Below, in pieces: positions 1 through 12,438 of a stretch of 64,000 nucleotides of DNA; the stretch's first letter is position 1; each line of letters starts with the position of its first letter. This stretch comes from Okamejei kenojei (Eukaryota). The stretch is taken from assembly GCA_035221665.1 (NCBI GenBank), contig CM069157.1:12710001-12774000 (forward strand). The letters are read 5' to 3'. Under the pieces are notes generated by a model. That model worked only from the letters and a program-made list of their open reading frames with translations, ran no database searches and had not been told where the DNA came from. A program made the position numbers and the translations under genes.

Positions 1-759
1 ATTAAGTATGATTTTTATATATGATACGAGTTATGGAACATCGTTATTACAAATATTATCTAGAATTCATGGCCAAATATATTCAATGAAACAGAATACC
101 AATGATTTCTAATGAGTACCAAAGTGGATGTTAAGTTTGTAAACCAATCTTGCAGAAATCATAATACATGTATTGGTGAAACCATTGTGGTTTCCATATT
201 TTCTACGATGATGCTTGTAAGTATCAAAGCATCATGTAAATACATATCGTTTTTGTGCAAAACATCTCAACACCAACTCCAATATCTACTGCAGTCTCCA
301 CTTTATAAAAGTATTCTATTAACGTGTAATAGATGTTCTCTCAGGAGTTGATAATCCTCCAATAAGTTGCAGCCTCCATGCTGAACCCATGATTGCCAAC
401 ACGATAAAGCCTAATGACCTTGGACTGGTGGCCACATACTCTCAATAAGAATAACCGCTCTGTTTAAGGAGGGAAGGAGACCACAGAGAACTGTAGACCA
501 GTTGGTTTGACGTTCGTAGCATGGCAAATGCTGGAATCTACTATTAAGAAACTGGTTAACAGACCATTTAAAACTCAGGAACTCATCCAGTCAAGCAGCA
601 TCTGTGGAGAGAATGGACAGATGACATTTTGGGTTGGGACCCTTCTTCAGGCAGATCTTTTGTGTCTATCTAGAAAATAATAATATATTTTGGGCTAAAT
701 CAATACAGGTTTATGAGAGGAAATAATGTTCAATAAATCTGTTACAAGCGTTTTCAGAC

Positions 760-1580
760 TCTGACATATATAAGGGAGATCGAGTAGATGTGGACATGGA
801 CTTTCTGAAGACCTCGGATAAAGTGCTACACAAGAAGACATAAAACAAAACTAGAGTACATTAGATTGGGAGTAACATACAGGTATGCAATGGGTGCTGG
901 AGCCCCAACTGTTCACAATCTCTATTGATCATTTGAAATAGGGACCAAATTGTTGATGCTATAATGGTGGATTCAACCGTGGGTTGTGAGGTAGATGCAG
1001 AAATCCTTCAGGGTAATAAGACCAGGTTAAGTGAATGGATATAGATGTGACAGATGGAATATAAGGTGGGAAAATACAAGTTCACCCACACTGATAGAAA
1101 AAAAACTCACACCTTTTAAAATAATGAATTACCGAAAACAATGGTGGGATCTCGATAACTTTACTGACAATTAATGAGCAGGCTCAGCCAGCAATTGAAA
1201 GGACAAATAGTTTACTGCACAAGGAGTTAAATGGAAGAGTAAAGATGACTTACTCTAATCACATAGAGTTTTGGAATATCATCGTCTCCCTACCTAATAT
1301 GCAATATATCTGCAACACACAGTGTAAGGTTTCATTGGATTTATTATTTTTATTCTAATTTTCCCAAAGTTAGTGAATCTGTCTAATTCTCTCCTCAGTA
1401 GTGCTGCAAGAGGCTCAGTCACTGAGTATATTTAAGGCAGAGATTAATTGATTTTTGGAAATTACTAGAGACTGGAAATTTGCTTATTGCAAGAAAATGA
1501 CACTGAGGTGAAATACAGCGACAACCTTATTGAATGACAGAGCTGGCATGAAGGACTAAAGTGCCTATTCCTGGTTCTAT
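760..1580 (+). mobile_element. Old degraded CR1-type LINE fragment (RT C-terminus to 3' UTR)
   Basis: Degenerate matches to CR1 RT landmarks (DFxKAFDKV at ~800-825, GSVLGPQLFTI at ~890-920) and the CR1 3' end 'gaaggactaaagtgcctattcctg'; many frameshifts. Confidence 0.65.
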
Positions 1581-2248
1581 TTCTGCTGTTAAACATTGGC
1601 GACCACCTACCTCCTCCTCTTGCCAAGCTTCATCGCTAATTGCTATATTGCGGAGTATTACAGACCTAACCTCTAATTCAGCTCCACATTTGAACCTTAC
1701 GCAAAGTACAGCTACTATTATTCCACTGCAATTAGGATTTCATGTCCCCAAAAAAGCTATTTTAAACACTATTAAGGCAATGGATAAGATGATGTGAATC
1801 GGATTCACCATAAGGTTTATTATCTACCATCTGTTGGCTTCAGACAGTGGTTAGAAACTTGTTGAAGAATTAATGGCAGGATAATGAAAATAACCAGAGT
1901 ATATTTAAATATAGATGTCAAAAGTATACTAATCGGTGATTAGGCAATGCTCCATCTACAACACGGCCTCTGTGGTATCATGTTTAGGAATTACATCATT
2001 AGACAATATAAGAATAGTCTTTGCCAATGAAAATTAAAATCCAAATAAAAGTCTTTGAAACCACAGTCATTAAAACCAAACTGATACAGCTGCGATGTCC
2101 ATGTATTGACAAAAGTCCACAATGAAAGATCTGATGTTTTGACTTGTTTTCTCACTCTCCCAAACGTTTACAAAGTCAGTCCAACTTAACACCAAGAGTC
2201 ACATTTGACAAATTTAAAACAATGTCACAGAACACAATATCCAACTCA

Positions 2249-2254
2249 TTTATT
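2249..2254 (-). promoter_or_regulatory. Candidate polyadenylation signal of HMBOX1-like gene
   Basis: AATAAA on minus strand followed by a GT-rich tract (TTGTGTTCTGTGACATTGTTTT), about 680 nt downstream of the putative stop at 2932. Confidence 0.4.
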
Positions 2255-2931
2255 AAACCAATTATACAAAAGATGTCAAATTAATTAATCTAAATTAGCT
2301 CAATTCTTCAATTTGGTCACAGATTATACAAACAAACACAACTGCGAACCTGATGTGTGAACGTAATGTAAAACATGTCACGCCAGTATGAGTAGAGAAA
2401 TAAATGAATCAGGTCAAAGCTGTTTCAACACCCTAATGACTCAATTAGCAACCTCCCCACTTTTCAAAACTAAAAAGATTAATACCAATCCCAGTGAGGA
2501 AGTAATCAACCAAGGTGCTTGTGATTCAACCACTTAGATTGAATTCAGTTGGACTAATTTGTTAGAGATGTGATTTTGACTAAATGAGTTCACATGCTGA
2601 TTGACCAAAGGAGACACTAAGAAAGTGTAACATAGATAACCAGAAACCTGAAGTAATACAAAATCTCCTAGCCCCGGTGTTGAGGGAACAAGCATCAAAA
2701 AGTAAAACGGACAGAAATATATCTGTGCAGAATAGCATGGATGATAGAAAATGTGATTGCATTATAGATCACATTTTCTATCACCATAGTGTACTGAACA
2801 TTACAGCACATTCTGGTTTATTGTATTAACCGATGGGCAAACCTTTGTACCAATGCTGGGACGTACATGCATTACTGAATGAGTATTGTCCAGCCATAGT
2901 GAGAACAGAAACTCAGCAGCTTTGTACCCTG

Positions 2932-3039
2932 CTACCTGCACTCCTGGCTGCTCCTGTGGATTCCCCGTGGAGTCCAAAGGATGGAAAAAGCATCACAACT
3001 TTCATGCTTAACCTGGTCCAATTGCAGCAAATCCATTCG
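2932..3039 (-). CDS. HMBOX1: Putative terminal coding exon of HMBOX1-like gene (RMDLLQLDQVKHESCDAFSILWTPRGIHRSSQECR*)
   Basis: Pyrimidine tract plus AG (ctctacttctctcccattag), open in phase 0 matching the previous exon, stop TAG at 2934-2932; no recognisable homology to the mammalian last exon. Confidence 0.4.
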   Translation of the reverse strand, partial: RMDLLQLDQVKHESCDAFSILWTPRGIHRSSQECR

Positions 3040-4598
3040 CTAATGGGAGAGAAGTAGAGCTTTTTTTTTAACATTTAATTTAGTTAGTTTGAATGTTTAA
3101 ATTATTTTTAAAGGTGTTTCTTTAAAACATATCCCTAACATATCCAAAAAGATTTTGCACGTTAAAGGCATTCATAAATATTCAATATAAATGTCATATT
3201 TGACAGCCAGTGTGTTTGAGAGTGATTGTTCATCAACTAGTTTATAACGTGTCATTAGTTATGCATGGACATAAACTTTGAGGATATTTAAATGTGAAAT
3301 ACATCATATCTCTCCTGATCTTGTGGCCACTTCTCACCATCAATCATAATGTAGAGGTCAGTGACTACAATCAGCGACTGCAATTTTGTGCTTCTTTGGC
3401 CACAAGGGTACAGAAGCAGAACAGCCCCAAAGTCAGAGTTTCTCACTACTCAATCCAACATCTTTCTATAGTTCACATTGGATACTGACCACATTGTATT
3501 AATAAATGCTATTCTTTCAGGTTTTTAAGGTCATGCTGATGTCTGAAAAATCATATCCTCCCACCATGTGTCTTTATATTTAAAAATATCAATAACTACT
3601 TGAAAAAAAAAGGTTTGCATCTTATCCAAGCTATTTTAAAGCTTTGCAATAAAAATAAAATATCCCTATTACCATTTCCAATTGTTGTTCAAGTTCCACA
3701 TGTGTCAGGAATTTCTAGAACTGAGAAGGTTTCCAAACATATAAATTAGGATGAGTTATCAAGTCAGCCCATCAAGCCAGCTCCATTATCTAATAAGGTT
3801 ATGGTTGATTCGACAGTAAACTCTAATTCCATTCTAACTGCACATTTTCAGCCTCAAGAATCCTCTATTTTGTTTAATATTCAAGATTTTCCTTCCACCA
3901 CCTTCTGAGAAAGAGGGTTACAAAGGTGCTTGGCCCTCAAAGAGAAAAGGTTTGCCTCATCTCTTTATAAATGGGCAACCCCTGATTTTTAAACCCATTT
4001 CTAGATTCATACGAATGAAACATCTTCTCCCTATCACTCAAGACTCCTCAGGACTGTAAACAAGTGCCCTCTCACTCTTCTAAACTCATGCTGTGACAAG
4101 CTTACCCACTCAACCTTTCCTCATAAGATAAACTGGCTGAGTATATATTCCGATTTAATTCCAATGCATTAACATCCTTGGAGAAAAGGAATAGGTGATG
4201 TTTCGGGTCAAGACCCTTCTTCAGACTGAAGAGATGCTGCCTGACCTGCTGAGTTACTCCAACATTTTGTGTCTATCTTCGGTGTATACCAGCCTATGGA
4301 GTTCCTTCCTATGCATCAAAATCCTTTATGGTTTCACTACATAGCAAGACAGTAAAGCCATACTGTGCAGATTCACATCATTCATGTCAATGCCTACCAA
4401 TAAAAAATGATTTCAGCTTGACCTTAAATTATATACAGTTAAACCTTTTAGTCTGTCAATATGCAAATAGATTTAGATAATAGGCTAGAGGTTGATAATA
4501 AATTGTTTACAACATATTTATTTAACATTTCTGGATAAAATTAGAAAGATTTAAAGAAGTAACTTTTGTAGTTCTAACCTCTAATAGTCGTGACTCAC

Positions 4599-4693
4599 TT
4601 GCTCACAGTAGTCGTTGACCTCAATGTCATCACTATTGGAATGTCCACCAGGACTCTGCACATCAATCCCATGACTCTCCAGGATTGCTGCTT
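4599..4693 (-). CDS. HMBOX1: HMBOX1-like coding exon 7 (EAAILESHGIDVQSPGGHSNSDDIEVNDYCEQ)
   Basis: Near-identical to the HMBOX1 post-homeodomain segment; AG acceptor, GTGAGT donor, 95 nt, phase 1 to 0. Confidence 0.93.
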
Positions 4694-5249
4694 CTTTGAA
4701 AAGAAGAATGATCAGAAACTAAACTTAACTTTTGAAAATAAATAACTACATTTAAGTATCTTACAAAAGAAAATCAAACTGAATGCAATAAAGTATGCTT
4801 TTTTTCCAGGATGATTAGAACCCCAGATGGTGCTGAATCCAAATCATTGTCCTTCCTGTCACCTTGGCTGGAATAAGATGCACGAGTGCTGACTGAACTT
4901 GGAACTTGAGGTATTTTTCTTTTGAGTGTTTTTATCAACAGTTATTGCAAACTCAAATTTTTTATTTCAACTTTCTTTGAAAGAAATACTATTTGAAGGA
5001 AATACATTCAGGAACTGTTGCTGCCATGTAGCACTTAACAATGTACTCAATTCCCACCAGAATAGTAACAGTCTCACTCCACATTTGGCCAGTGCTGTTT
5101 TGTTTTCAGCACTGTGAGTTGAATTGTTTGCTTGAACCATGTCATGTCACAGCTTATAAATCATCTCAACATCAGTGGAGAGCTGATGAAAATGGATGAT
5201 ATTAGAAAATGAATATCCTCTGGATATTCAATTCTGCAAATGTATGCCT

Positions 5250-5582
5250 AGATAGACTAGACATAGAAAGGATGTTTCCAGTAATGGGAGAGACTAGGAC
5301 CACAGGGCACAGCCCAAATTAAAATAATGTACCTTTAGAATGGAGATGAAGACAAATTTCTTTATCCAGAGGGAAGTAAATCTCTAGGATCCATTGCCAC
5401 AGGCAGCTATGGAGGCTGACATTTGTATTTTTTAAAGTGAAGATAGCTAGGTTTTTGATTAATAAGAGCATCAAGGTGACAGGGAGGAGAATGGGGTTGA
5501 GAGGGAAAGAGACCAGCCATAATCAAATGGTTGCGTAGACTCGATGGGGCAAATGCCCTAATTCTGTCCTATGTCTTATGGT
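5250..5582 (+). mobile_element. CR1 LINE 3' fragment
   Basis: RMFPxxGExRTxGHS-like segment and CR1 3' UTR ending in a 'ctatgtcttatg' tail. Confidence 0.75.
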
Positions 5583-5705
5583 GTGAAGCAAGTATCCTAT
5601 GGGCAGTAAATCTTTTAAATAATAATTCTGGTTGAAGTTTCAATAGTTAAGTCAATCATTTGGAATTGATTGTCCTTACCGTCAAAAGCTTTCTAATTGT
5701 CTTAC

Positions 5706-5801
5706 CTATGTTTGCTCTTCTCTTCATCTCCTTCCGACGATTGGCAAACCAGTTGTACACTTTCAGAGGAGTAACTCGCTCAAACTCTGATAGTTTTTTA
5801 C
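5706..5801 (-). CDS. HMBOX1: HMBOX1-like coding exon 6, homeodomain helix 3 (GKKLSEFERVTPLKVYNWFANRRKEMKRRANI)
   Basis: KVYNWFANRRKE signature of HNF1-class homeodomains; AG/GTAAG boundaries, 96 nt, phase 1 to 1. Confidence 0.96.
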
Positions 5802-5865
5802 CTGAATAATGAATATTGGGAAAGATAGATATTAAAACAAAAATCGCAATAAATAGATAAAGTTA

Positions 5866-6140
5866 AAGCCCTGTCCCACGGTACGAGTTCATTCCAAGAG
5901 CTCTCCCGAGTTGAAAACAAATCAAACTCGTGGTAAGCACGGAGAATGAACATAGCGGGTGCGTTGGAGCTCGGGGACGTCTCTTAGCACTAACGGCTGG
6001 TAAGCACAGCAAGACACGTGAAGATTTTCAACATGAAGACCCGAGTACCGACGAGTGGCCATTACCGTAAATCACCGAGTTCGAATCAGGGCAAACTCGG
6101 GAGAACTCTTGGAATGAACTCGTACCGTGGGACAGGGGTT
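5866..6140. mobile_element. Non-autonomous PIF/Harbinger-type MITE
   Basis: About 45-bp terminal inverted repeats (aagccctgtcccacggtacgagttcattccaagag... / ...ctcttggaatgaactcgtaccgtgggacaggggtt) flanked by TTA on both sides (5863-5865, 6141-6143). Confidence 0.85.
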
Positions 6141-6882
6141 TTAGTACTGCAATTAACCAGTGTCGCCATCTTTCCATTTTTTAATAACCAAACTCGATAG
6201 TAAGAACATTGAATAATTGCTTTATTATGATTACTAGCTTGAAAACGGCTTTTAAATTGTATGGGAAAATTTGTGTAAACTTGGATTTCTGTAAGTCAGG
6301 TAATTCTAAACCCTGTATATCATATTATTGAATTGAAGATATCAGCTTTATTAAAAGTCTCAGCTAATTGTTCCCGTTATTAAGTTACCAAAGATAGCAG
6401 ACTTCAAATGGTTACCCACATTAAATCCATAATTGTTTTTGAGATTGTACTTGTATTGGAGCAATTATTTTTTGTTTTAATCTGTGGCTAAAGAAATTTA
6501 AATGCATCTTTGTGTTGGGAATTAACAGCTTTGCATGTCAATGATTTAAATAACTACAACTCGGATTAGTATTTCTCCCAAAATGCTAATTACATCACAG
6601 ACATAGCATTTTTGTCAATATATCAATTATATATCTTTCCACAAACAATATAATTCATTTGGAAATCTACAAGGTTTGTTGTATAAATATTATACAGGTA
6701 ATTTTCAAAAAAGTGCCTTTCCACTAATCCTATTTTCAATAATAAGATATACTGCTGTGTACGATAATGGTGTTTGCAACACCTCATAAATTAAACTGGG
6801 CACTTCATGAATTCTTCTCACTGATTTCTTGCTTTTAATAAAAGAAAAACTGCAAATGATGAATGGCTGCAGGTGCTCATAC

Positions 6883-6965
6883 CTGGTTTCTGTATTACTG
6901 TATTGCAAGCGTTTGCAATTTCTTCACGTTTTGCCTCATCCGGATACTGATTTTCACCAAAATAA
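6883..6965 (-). CDS. HMBOX1: HMBOX1-like coding exon 5 (SYFGENQYPDEAKREEIANACNTVIQKP)
   Basis: Matches HMBOX1 homeodomain helix 1/2 region; AG/GTATG boundaries, 83 nt, phase 2 to 1. Confidence 0.96.
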
Positions 6966-7282
6966 CTGCATTGGAATGGAAAAATACAAGGATACAATTT
7001 TTGAAGCAGGCATAGTTTAATTTTAATATTTGGACCACTGTAGTTAAATCAGAAGAATATTGAATTGCTTTGTCACTTTAATGTGCAATTGGTTATTGGT
7101 AAACATGAGGTGGTTGGATAAAGTTCAACCTCCATCTGTGAGGTAAATTGAGTTCTCAGATGTTTTTTCAAGTAAGTAAGAATTTTGAGGCACAAATTCC
7201 ATCAAAGTGGCCATGATATAAAGACAATTCACATCATACAAAACAAGTTCACAGCTAAATGAAATCCCTTGTTTAGAAATAC

Positions 7283-7562
7283 AGCGTTGAAACGGGCCCA
7301 CCATGTCCATGCCAACCATCTACACTAGTACACCAGTTCTACGTTATCCCACTTTCGCATCCCATACACTAGGGGCAATTTACAGAAGCCAATCAACCTA
7401 AAAACCTGCATGTCTTTGGAATGGGGGAAGGACACCAGAGCACTGAGAAGAATGCCACTCGGTCACAGGGAGTAATGTACAAACTCTGCACAGGCAGCAT
7501 CTATAGTCGGGATCAAACCCAGATCCCTGGCATTGTGAGCAGCAGCTCTACCACTGCGCCAA
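7283..7562 (-). mobile_element. tRNA-derived V-SINE (HE1-like)
   Basis: Reverse strand reads ggcgcagtggtagagctgctgc (A box), ggtttgatccc (B box) and the V-domain 'ttccaaagacatgcaggtt'. Confidence 0.8.
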
Positions 7563-7628
7563 TTGTGTCTGGCCAATCTGACAAGCATTTCTCCAGGAAG
7601 CACTTCTCCAGGCTCTGATACAAATAAG

Positions 7629-7832
7629 ATAGACATAAAAAGCTGGAATAACTCAGTGGGTCAGGCAGCATCTCAGGAGAGAAGGTATGGGTGCTGTTTC
7701 AGACCCTTCTGAAGGGTCTCGACCCGAAACAGCACCCGATCCTTCTCTCCAGAGATGCTGCCTGACCTGCTGAGTTACTCCAGTCTTTTGTGTTTATCTT
7801 CGGTTTAAACCAGCATTTGCAGTTCCTTCCAA
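7629..7832. repeat. Palindromic Penelope-derived short element
   Basis: Inverted arms (gctggaataactcagtgggtcaggcagcatctc / gagatgctgcctgacctgctgagttactccag) around a partial gaagggtctcgacccgaaac core. Confidence 0.8.
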
Positions 7833-8799
7833 CACATTTCGTCTGATGCAAATAATGCAGCTCTCTGACCAAGGGCCTCAGATCTGAAGCACTGGCTCTG
7901 TTTCTCTCTCTGCAGATGCTTCCTGCATTGTTGAGTGTTTCTGCTTTTGTTCCAGATTTCCAGTATTTGCATCTAATGCAAAGAAGGTTTACTGTTCCAC
8001 AGGGGATTTTCTGATAATTTATTTTTAACTGATGAAAGAATCTCTTTAAAATGTTAACTAGTTGACAGGCCGGAGTTTTTGCTATTATCAATCTGTCCTG
8101 GTCACTGTGTATGCTTTGGAATATAGAAGGCTGAAGAAAAGATAAAATTATGTTTATAAAATTAAGGCGACAGAATCAGTGATCGGGTGAGCCTACCTTT
8201 ATTACCTGGGATACTAATAACTGGAGGACAAAGATTTAAGATTTTTTTATAGAAGGATTGGAGGGGAGTTAAGGAAATTATTTTTTACTCGCGACTTGGG
8301 TGTCTGAAAAGGTGGCCAACAGGAAGTCACCATCACATTTAAAACATAATCACTGCCATGATAATTGGTACAACTTAAAAGGCAACAGAATGAGAGTCCA
8401 TAAGAGGCACAAATATAATGAGTGTGAATAGCCTAATTTAATGTTATGTTTCCATGATTTTATGCTGTTGAGACACAAAGTGCATTCAGCCTCAGCCATG
8501 GCAATTAACAACCAGATTTAGGTGACAAATTGTAATTTATCTCTGTATTTTTACCACTTAGCTCTTCCCTTGTTGCAAAATGCCTTAAATAGAGCAAAAT
8601 CATTAATAAATGTTCATTGTTTGCTCTTCTTATGAAAATCTGGATACAAAATCAACCTTTATTCGCCTTTGTTCCAAAAACACAAACACACCACTTGTTG
8701 GTTAGCAGTTGGAAACTTAATATTTATCATCCAACCCAGATTAATATGGGAGACAAGGCTAAATATACACGGTATGAGTAAGTCCTTCCTCCTACTAAC

Positions 8800-8947
8800 C
8801 TTTCCATGACAGACAGGCACTCTTTGCGCCAGGTAAATCGACTTCCTCTTCTGAGACGAAAGTTTCCAGTCACCGGGCTGACATTTGATCGCCATTCAGG
8901 ATCTTCTGTTGTTGTGGTTGAAACAGGCCTCATACTTAAAGTTGCTC
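8800..8947 (-). CDS. HMBOX1: HMBOX1-like coding exon 4 (GATLSMRPVSTTTTEDPEWRSNVSPVTGNFRLRRGSRFTWRKECLSVME)
   Basis: FRLRRGSRFTWRKECL homeodomain N-terminal arm of HMBOX1; AG/GTTAGT boundaries, 148 nt, phase 1 to 2. Confidence 0.96.
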
Positions 8948-10724
8948 CTGGATAAAATGGATAAAAAGAAATACTATTGATGATGGGTTATGTTTAAGTT
9001 GTTTTTTCTAAATTATTTCAAACATTGTTGACATGATGGAAGATAGTTGAGTTTTACATGATAGGGAAAACTGACAGTCCATTGAAGGAGATGTAATGCT
9101 GTGAACTGTGGTTACAGAGAAACAAATTAATTGATGGAATGTTTGTCTCCAACAGTTTTTTTAATTATCAAACTATATCTTACATTATGAATCATGATGT
9201 AATTTTGTTTGCATAATTACAAGTTATTACACTGTTATACAGGTTATAAAAGTATTTGATTTGTATTTTTAGGACAACATGATCTGTAAGTGGATGCAGC
9301 TATTTTATATATTTCAGTCTCCGCTACTGTGTTCTAATAGTCAGAGGGGATCAGCGATTGACAGCTGAAGGATTCTGCAATTTTTGCTGGACATGTATGG
9401 GTTCCTTCCACACACCTGTTGTTAAAAGGAAACAACTTGAAGGACCATGGATCAGAAACAACTTCAATTCTCTAAAACTTACTTGGTGGGAATTAGTTAT
9501 TAACTGCGTAATGTAATGTTTCTTTTCATTTTAAAGCAAATGTTTTCCTTAAAGATAGATCACAGAATTGTTACAGCATAGGAAGACAATCAACCCATGT
9601 CTATATAGGTCTATACATTAAAACACCAATATAACCAATATCATCCTTACACTTCTGTTGTTGGCCCAGTGTGATGATGAGTGTGGCATCAGATTGGAAG
9701 AGACACACAGTTCAAAGTTGGGCCCAAGCTGCTGCCCAACTAAATCAGTGTCATCTATCCTAACAGCAATTAGTAAGCAAGAAGCAATCCAGTAAGTCAA
9801 AGTCTTTTCTGATATAGAGTATCTGTGGATGGGCTGGTAAATGAAACAGGGGACTTGTCGTTAAATGATTCATGGTAGAGCGGGATGGACTGTCAGTTGC
9901 TAGACTGAACTTGCTGTGACTCTGCCCCACTTGCACGTTCAAGGGGTGCTCCCTGCACGATAAGTACTTTTCAACATTGCTCAAAAGGCCTAAGCCAGGG
10001 AAACGGTGTGCTTCATTCATTACAGATGTCGACAAGGAAGAAAGAGAGAGAAAAAATGCATTTACTTCTTGATTGTTGTCAAATATGCTAGTTTTAGCTT
10101 AAGTGTACATGCACGAGTTCTGAATTTTTTCCCCAGATATAGATGAACATTTCCCCTACCTATTCCTCCTGTCTCCTTTTTTATCATTTAAAGAACTCAA
10201 AGACTAATCCTCTGCACTCTAAACTCAAGTAAGTACAAGCCAAGATAATCTAGAATGAACCTATTTCCCTGAACAGAGAGGTAAAAAATTAAGGTGGTAT
10301 GGAATTAAAAGTACAGTAAAAACTCTTTTATACAACACGTGTACCAATTATGCAGTTGGCCTCATGTTGGCTCAGAAATTCCCTATTATCTTCATCGATC
10401 TATTATATTAATGTAATTGTCAATGTAACACATTCCATTATGCATCAGTAAATCAGCCTCACCTGACTGAATTAACATTTCTTAAAAGGAAGCTAAAATC
10501 CAGCTTCTGAACGGAAAGCAATATCTAGCTGTCATGATGATGGACGGGGAGCTCCATCAGCACTATCCCAATTCTAGCCCAAGAGATCGCTCAGTACTGT
10601 CCCATTGTTGGGTCAGGATTTCCACAGTGCTCCCCAATGTCAGCTAGGGGATCCCACAGCAATGCCCTGATGTTAACTCTGTAGTGCCACTTGCAACAAC
10701 TTGGAGCTCAATGCTCTTAAGACT

Positions 10725-11435
10725 GTGGAATCGATTGTAGAACTTTAGGAGAGCTCCCCCTCCCCTCACCCCACTCACCATCAACAACACCACAGTCACA
10801 TCTGTGGAGTCTTTTAAGTTCCTGGGAACCATCATCTCCATGGACCTTAAGTTGGGGGCTACCATCGACTCCACAATCAAAAAGGCACAACATCCTGCGG
10901 CAGCTGAGGAAGCACAATTTGCCACAGGTAATGATGGTCCAATTCTACACGGCCATCGTAGAGTCTGTCCTCACCTTCTCCATCATAGTCTGGTTTGGCT
11001 CAGCCACCAAGCACAATATCCAGAGGCTGCAGCGAATCGTCCGATCAGCTGAGAAGGTTATTGGCTGCAACCTTCCCTCCATTGACGAACTGTACACTGC
11101 AAGGGCCAGGAAGCGAGTGGGCAAGATCATCTCTGACCCCTCTCACCCTGGCCACAAACTCTTTGAATCACTTCCCTCTGGAAGGCGACTTTGGACTGTC
11201 AAAGCTGCCACAGACAGACATAAAAACAGCTTTTTTTCCAATAACCAAAAATCTCTGTAGACTCCTTTTGCTCTGGTATTTTATTTAATTCACATATTTA
11301 ATCAAAAATGTTTTATTATTAATGTTTAATGTTTTATGTATCATTCTTAACTGTCACTGTATGTCATGTCACTTGCAGGTGGAGCACCAAGGCAAATTCC
11401 TTGTATGTGAATAAACTTATTAATTCATTCATTCA
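10725..11435 (+). mobile_element. Rex1/Babar-type LINE 3' fragment
   Basis: ORFs VESFKFLGTIIS...KKAQ and FYTAIVESVLTFSIIVWFGS...RLQRIVRSAEKVIG...DPSHPGHKLF, typical Rex1 RT C-terminus; ends in aataaa plus (attc)n tail. Confidence 0.85.
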
Positions 11436-11482
11436 CTTAATGAAACAATCCAGTCAACAAAGTGCTGGATAATCCGTTTTTT

Positions 11483-12438
11483 AGTCATAGAGTAATACAG
11501 TGTGGAAACAGGCCCTTCAGCCCAACTCGCCCACACCAACCAACAAAGTCTCGGCTACCCACGTCCCACTTGCCTGCGCTTGGTCCATAACGCTACAAAC
11601 CTGTCCTGTCCATGTACCTGTCTAACTGCTTCTTAAACTATGGGATAGTCCCAGCCTCAACTATCCCCTCTGGAAGCTTGTTCCATACACCCACCACCCT
11701 CTGTGTGAAAAAGTTATCCCTCGGATTGCTATTAAAACTTTTCCCCTTCACCAAGAACCTATGTCCTCTGGTCCTCGATTCCCCTACTCTGGGTAAAAGA
11801 CTGTGCATCTTCCTGATCTATTCCTCTCATGTTTTTTTATACCTCCATAAGATCTCCCCTCATCCTCCTACGCTCCATGGAATAGAGATCCAGCCTACTC
11901 AACCTCTCGCTATAGCTCACACCCTCTAGTCCTGGCAACATCCTCGTAAATCTTTTCTGAACCATTTCAAGCTTGACAATATCTTTCGTATCACATGGTG
12001 CCCAGAACTAAACACAATATTCTAAATGCTGTCTCACCAACGTCTTATACAACTGCAACATGACCTCCCAACTTCTATACTCAATACTCTCACTAATGAA
12101 GGCCAAAGTGCCCAAAAGTCTTTTCGACCACCTTATCTACCTGCAACTCGACCTTCATTGAACCATGCACTTGTACCCCTAGATCCCTCTGCTCTACAAC
12201 ACTACCCAGAGGCCAACCATTTAATGTGTAGGTCCTGCCTTGGTTCTACATCCCAAAATGCAACACCTCACACTTCTCTGTATTAAATTCCATCAACCAT
12301 TCCTCCGCCCACCTGCCCAATCGATCCAGATCCTGCTGCAATCGTTCACAACCATCTTCACTATCGGCAAAACCACTAACTTTAGAATCATCAGCAAACT
12401 TGCTAATCTTGCCCTGCATGTTCTCATCCAAATCATTG
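11483..12438 (-). mobile_element. CR1 LINE 3' portion
   Basis: ISKFADDSKV...LQQDLDRLGRWAEEWLMEFNTEKCEVLHFG; same family as the copy at 61745-62975. Confidence 0.9.

Noticed and set aside
9760-10035. 91-codon minus-strand ORF behind a pyrimidine tract, in phase with the flanking HMBOX1-like intron (possible cassette exon)
   Set aside because: The nearest AG is far from the tract, there is no convincing in-phase donor, and no recognisable homology
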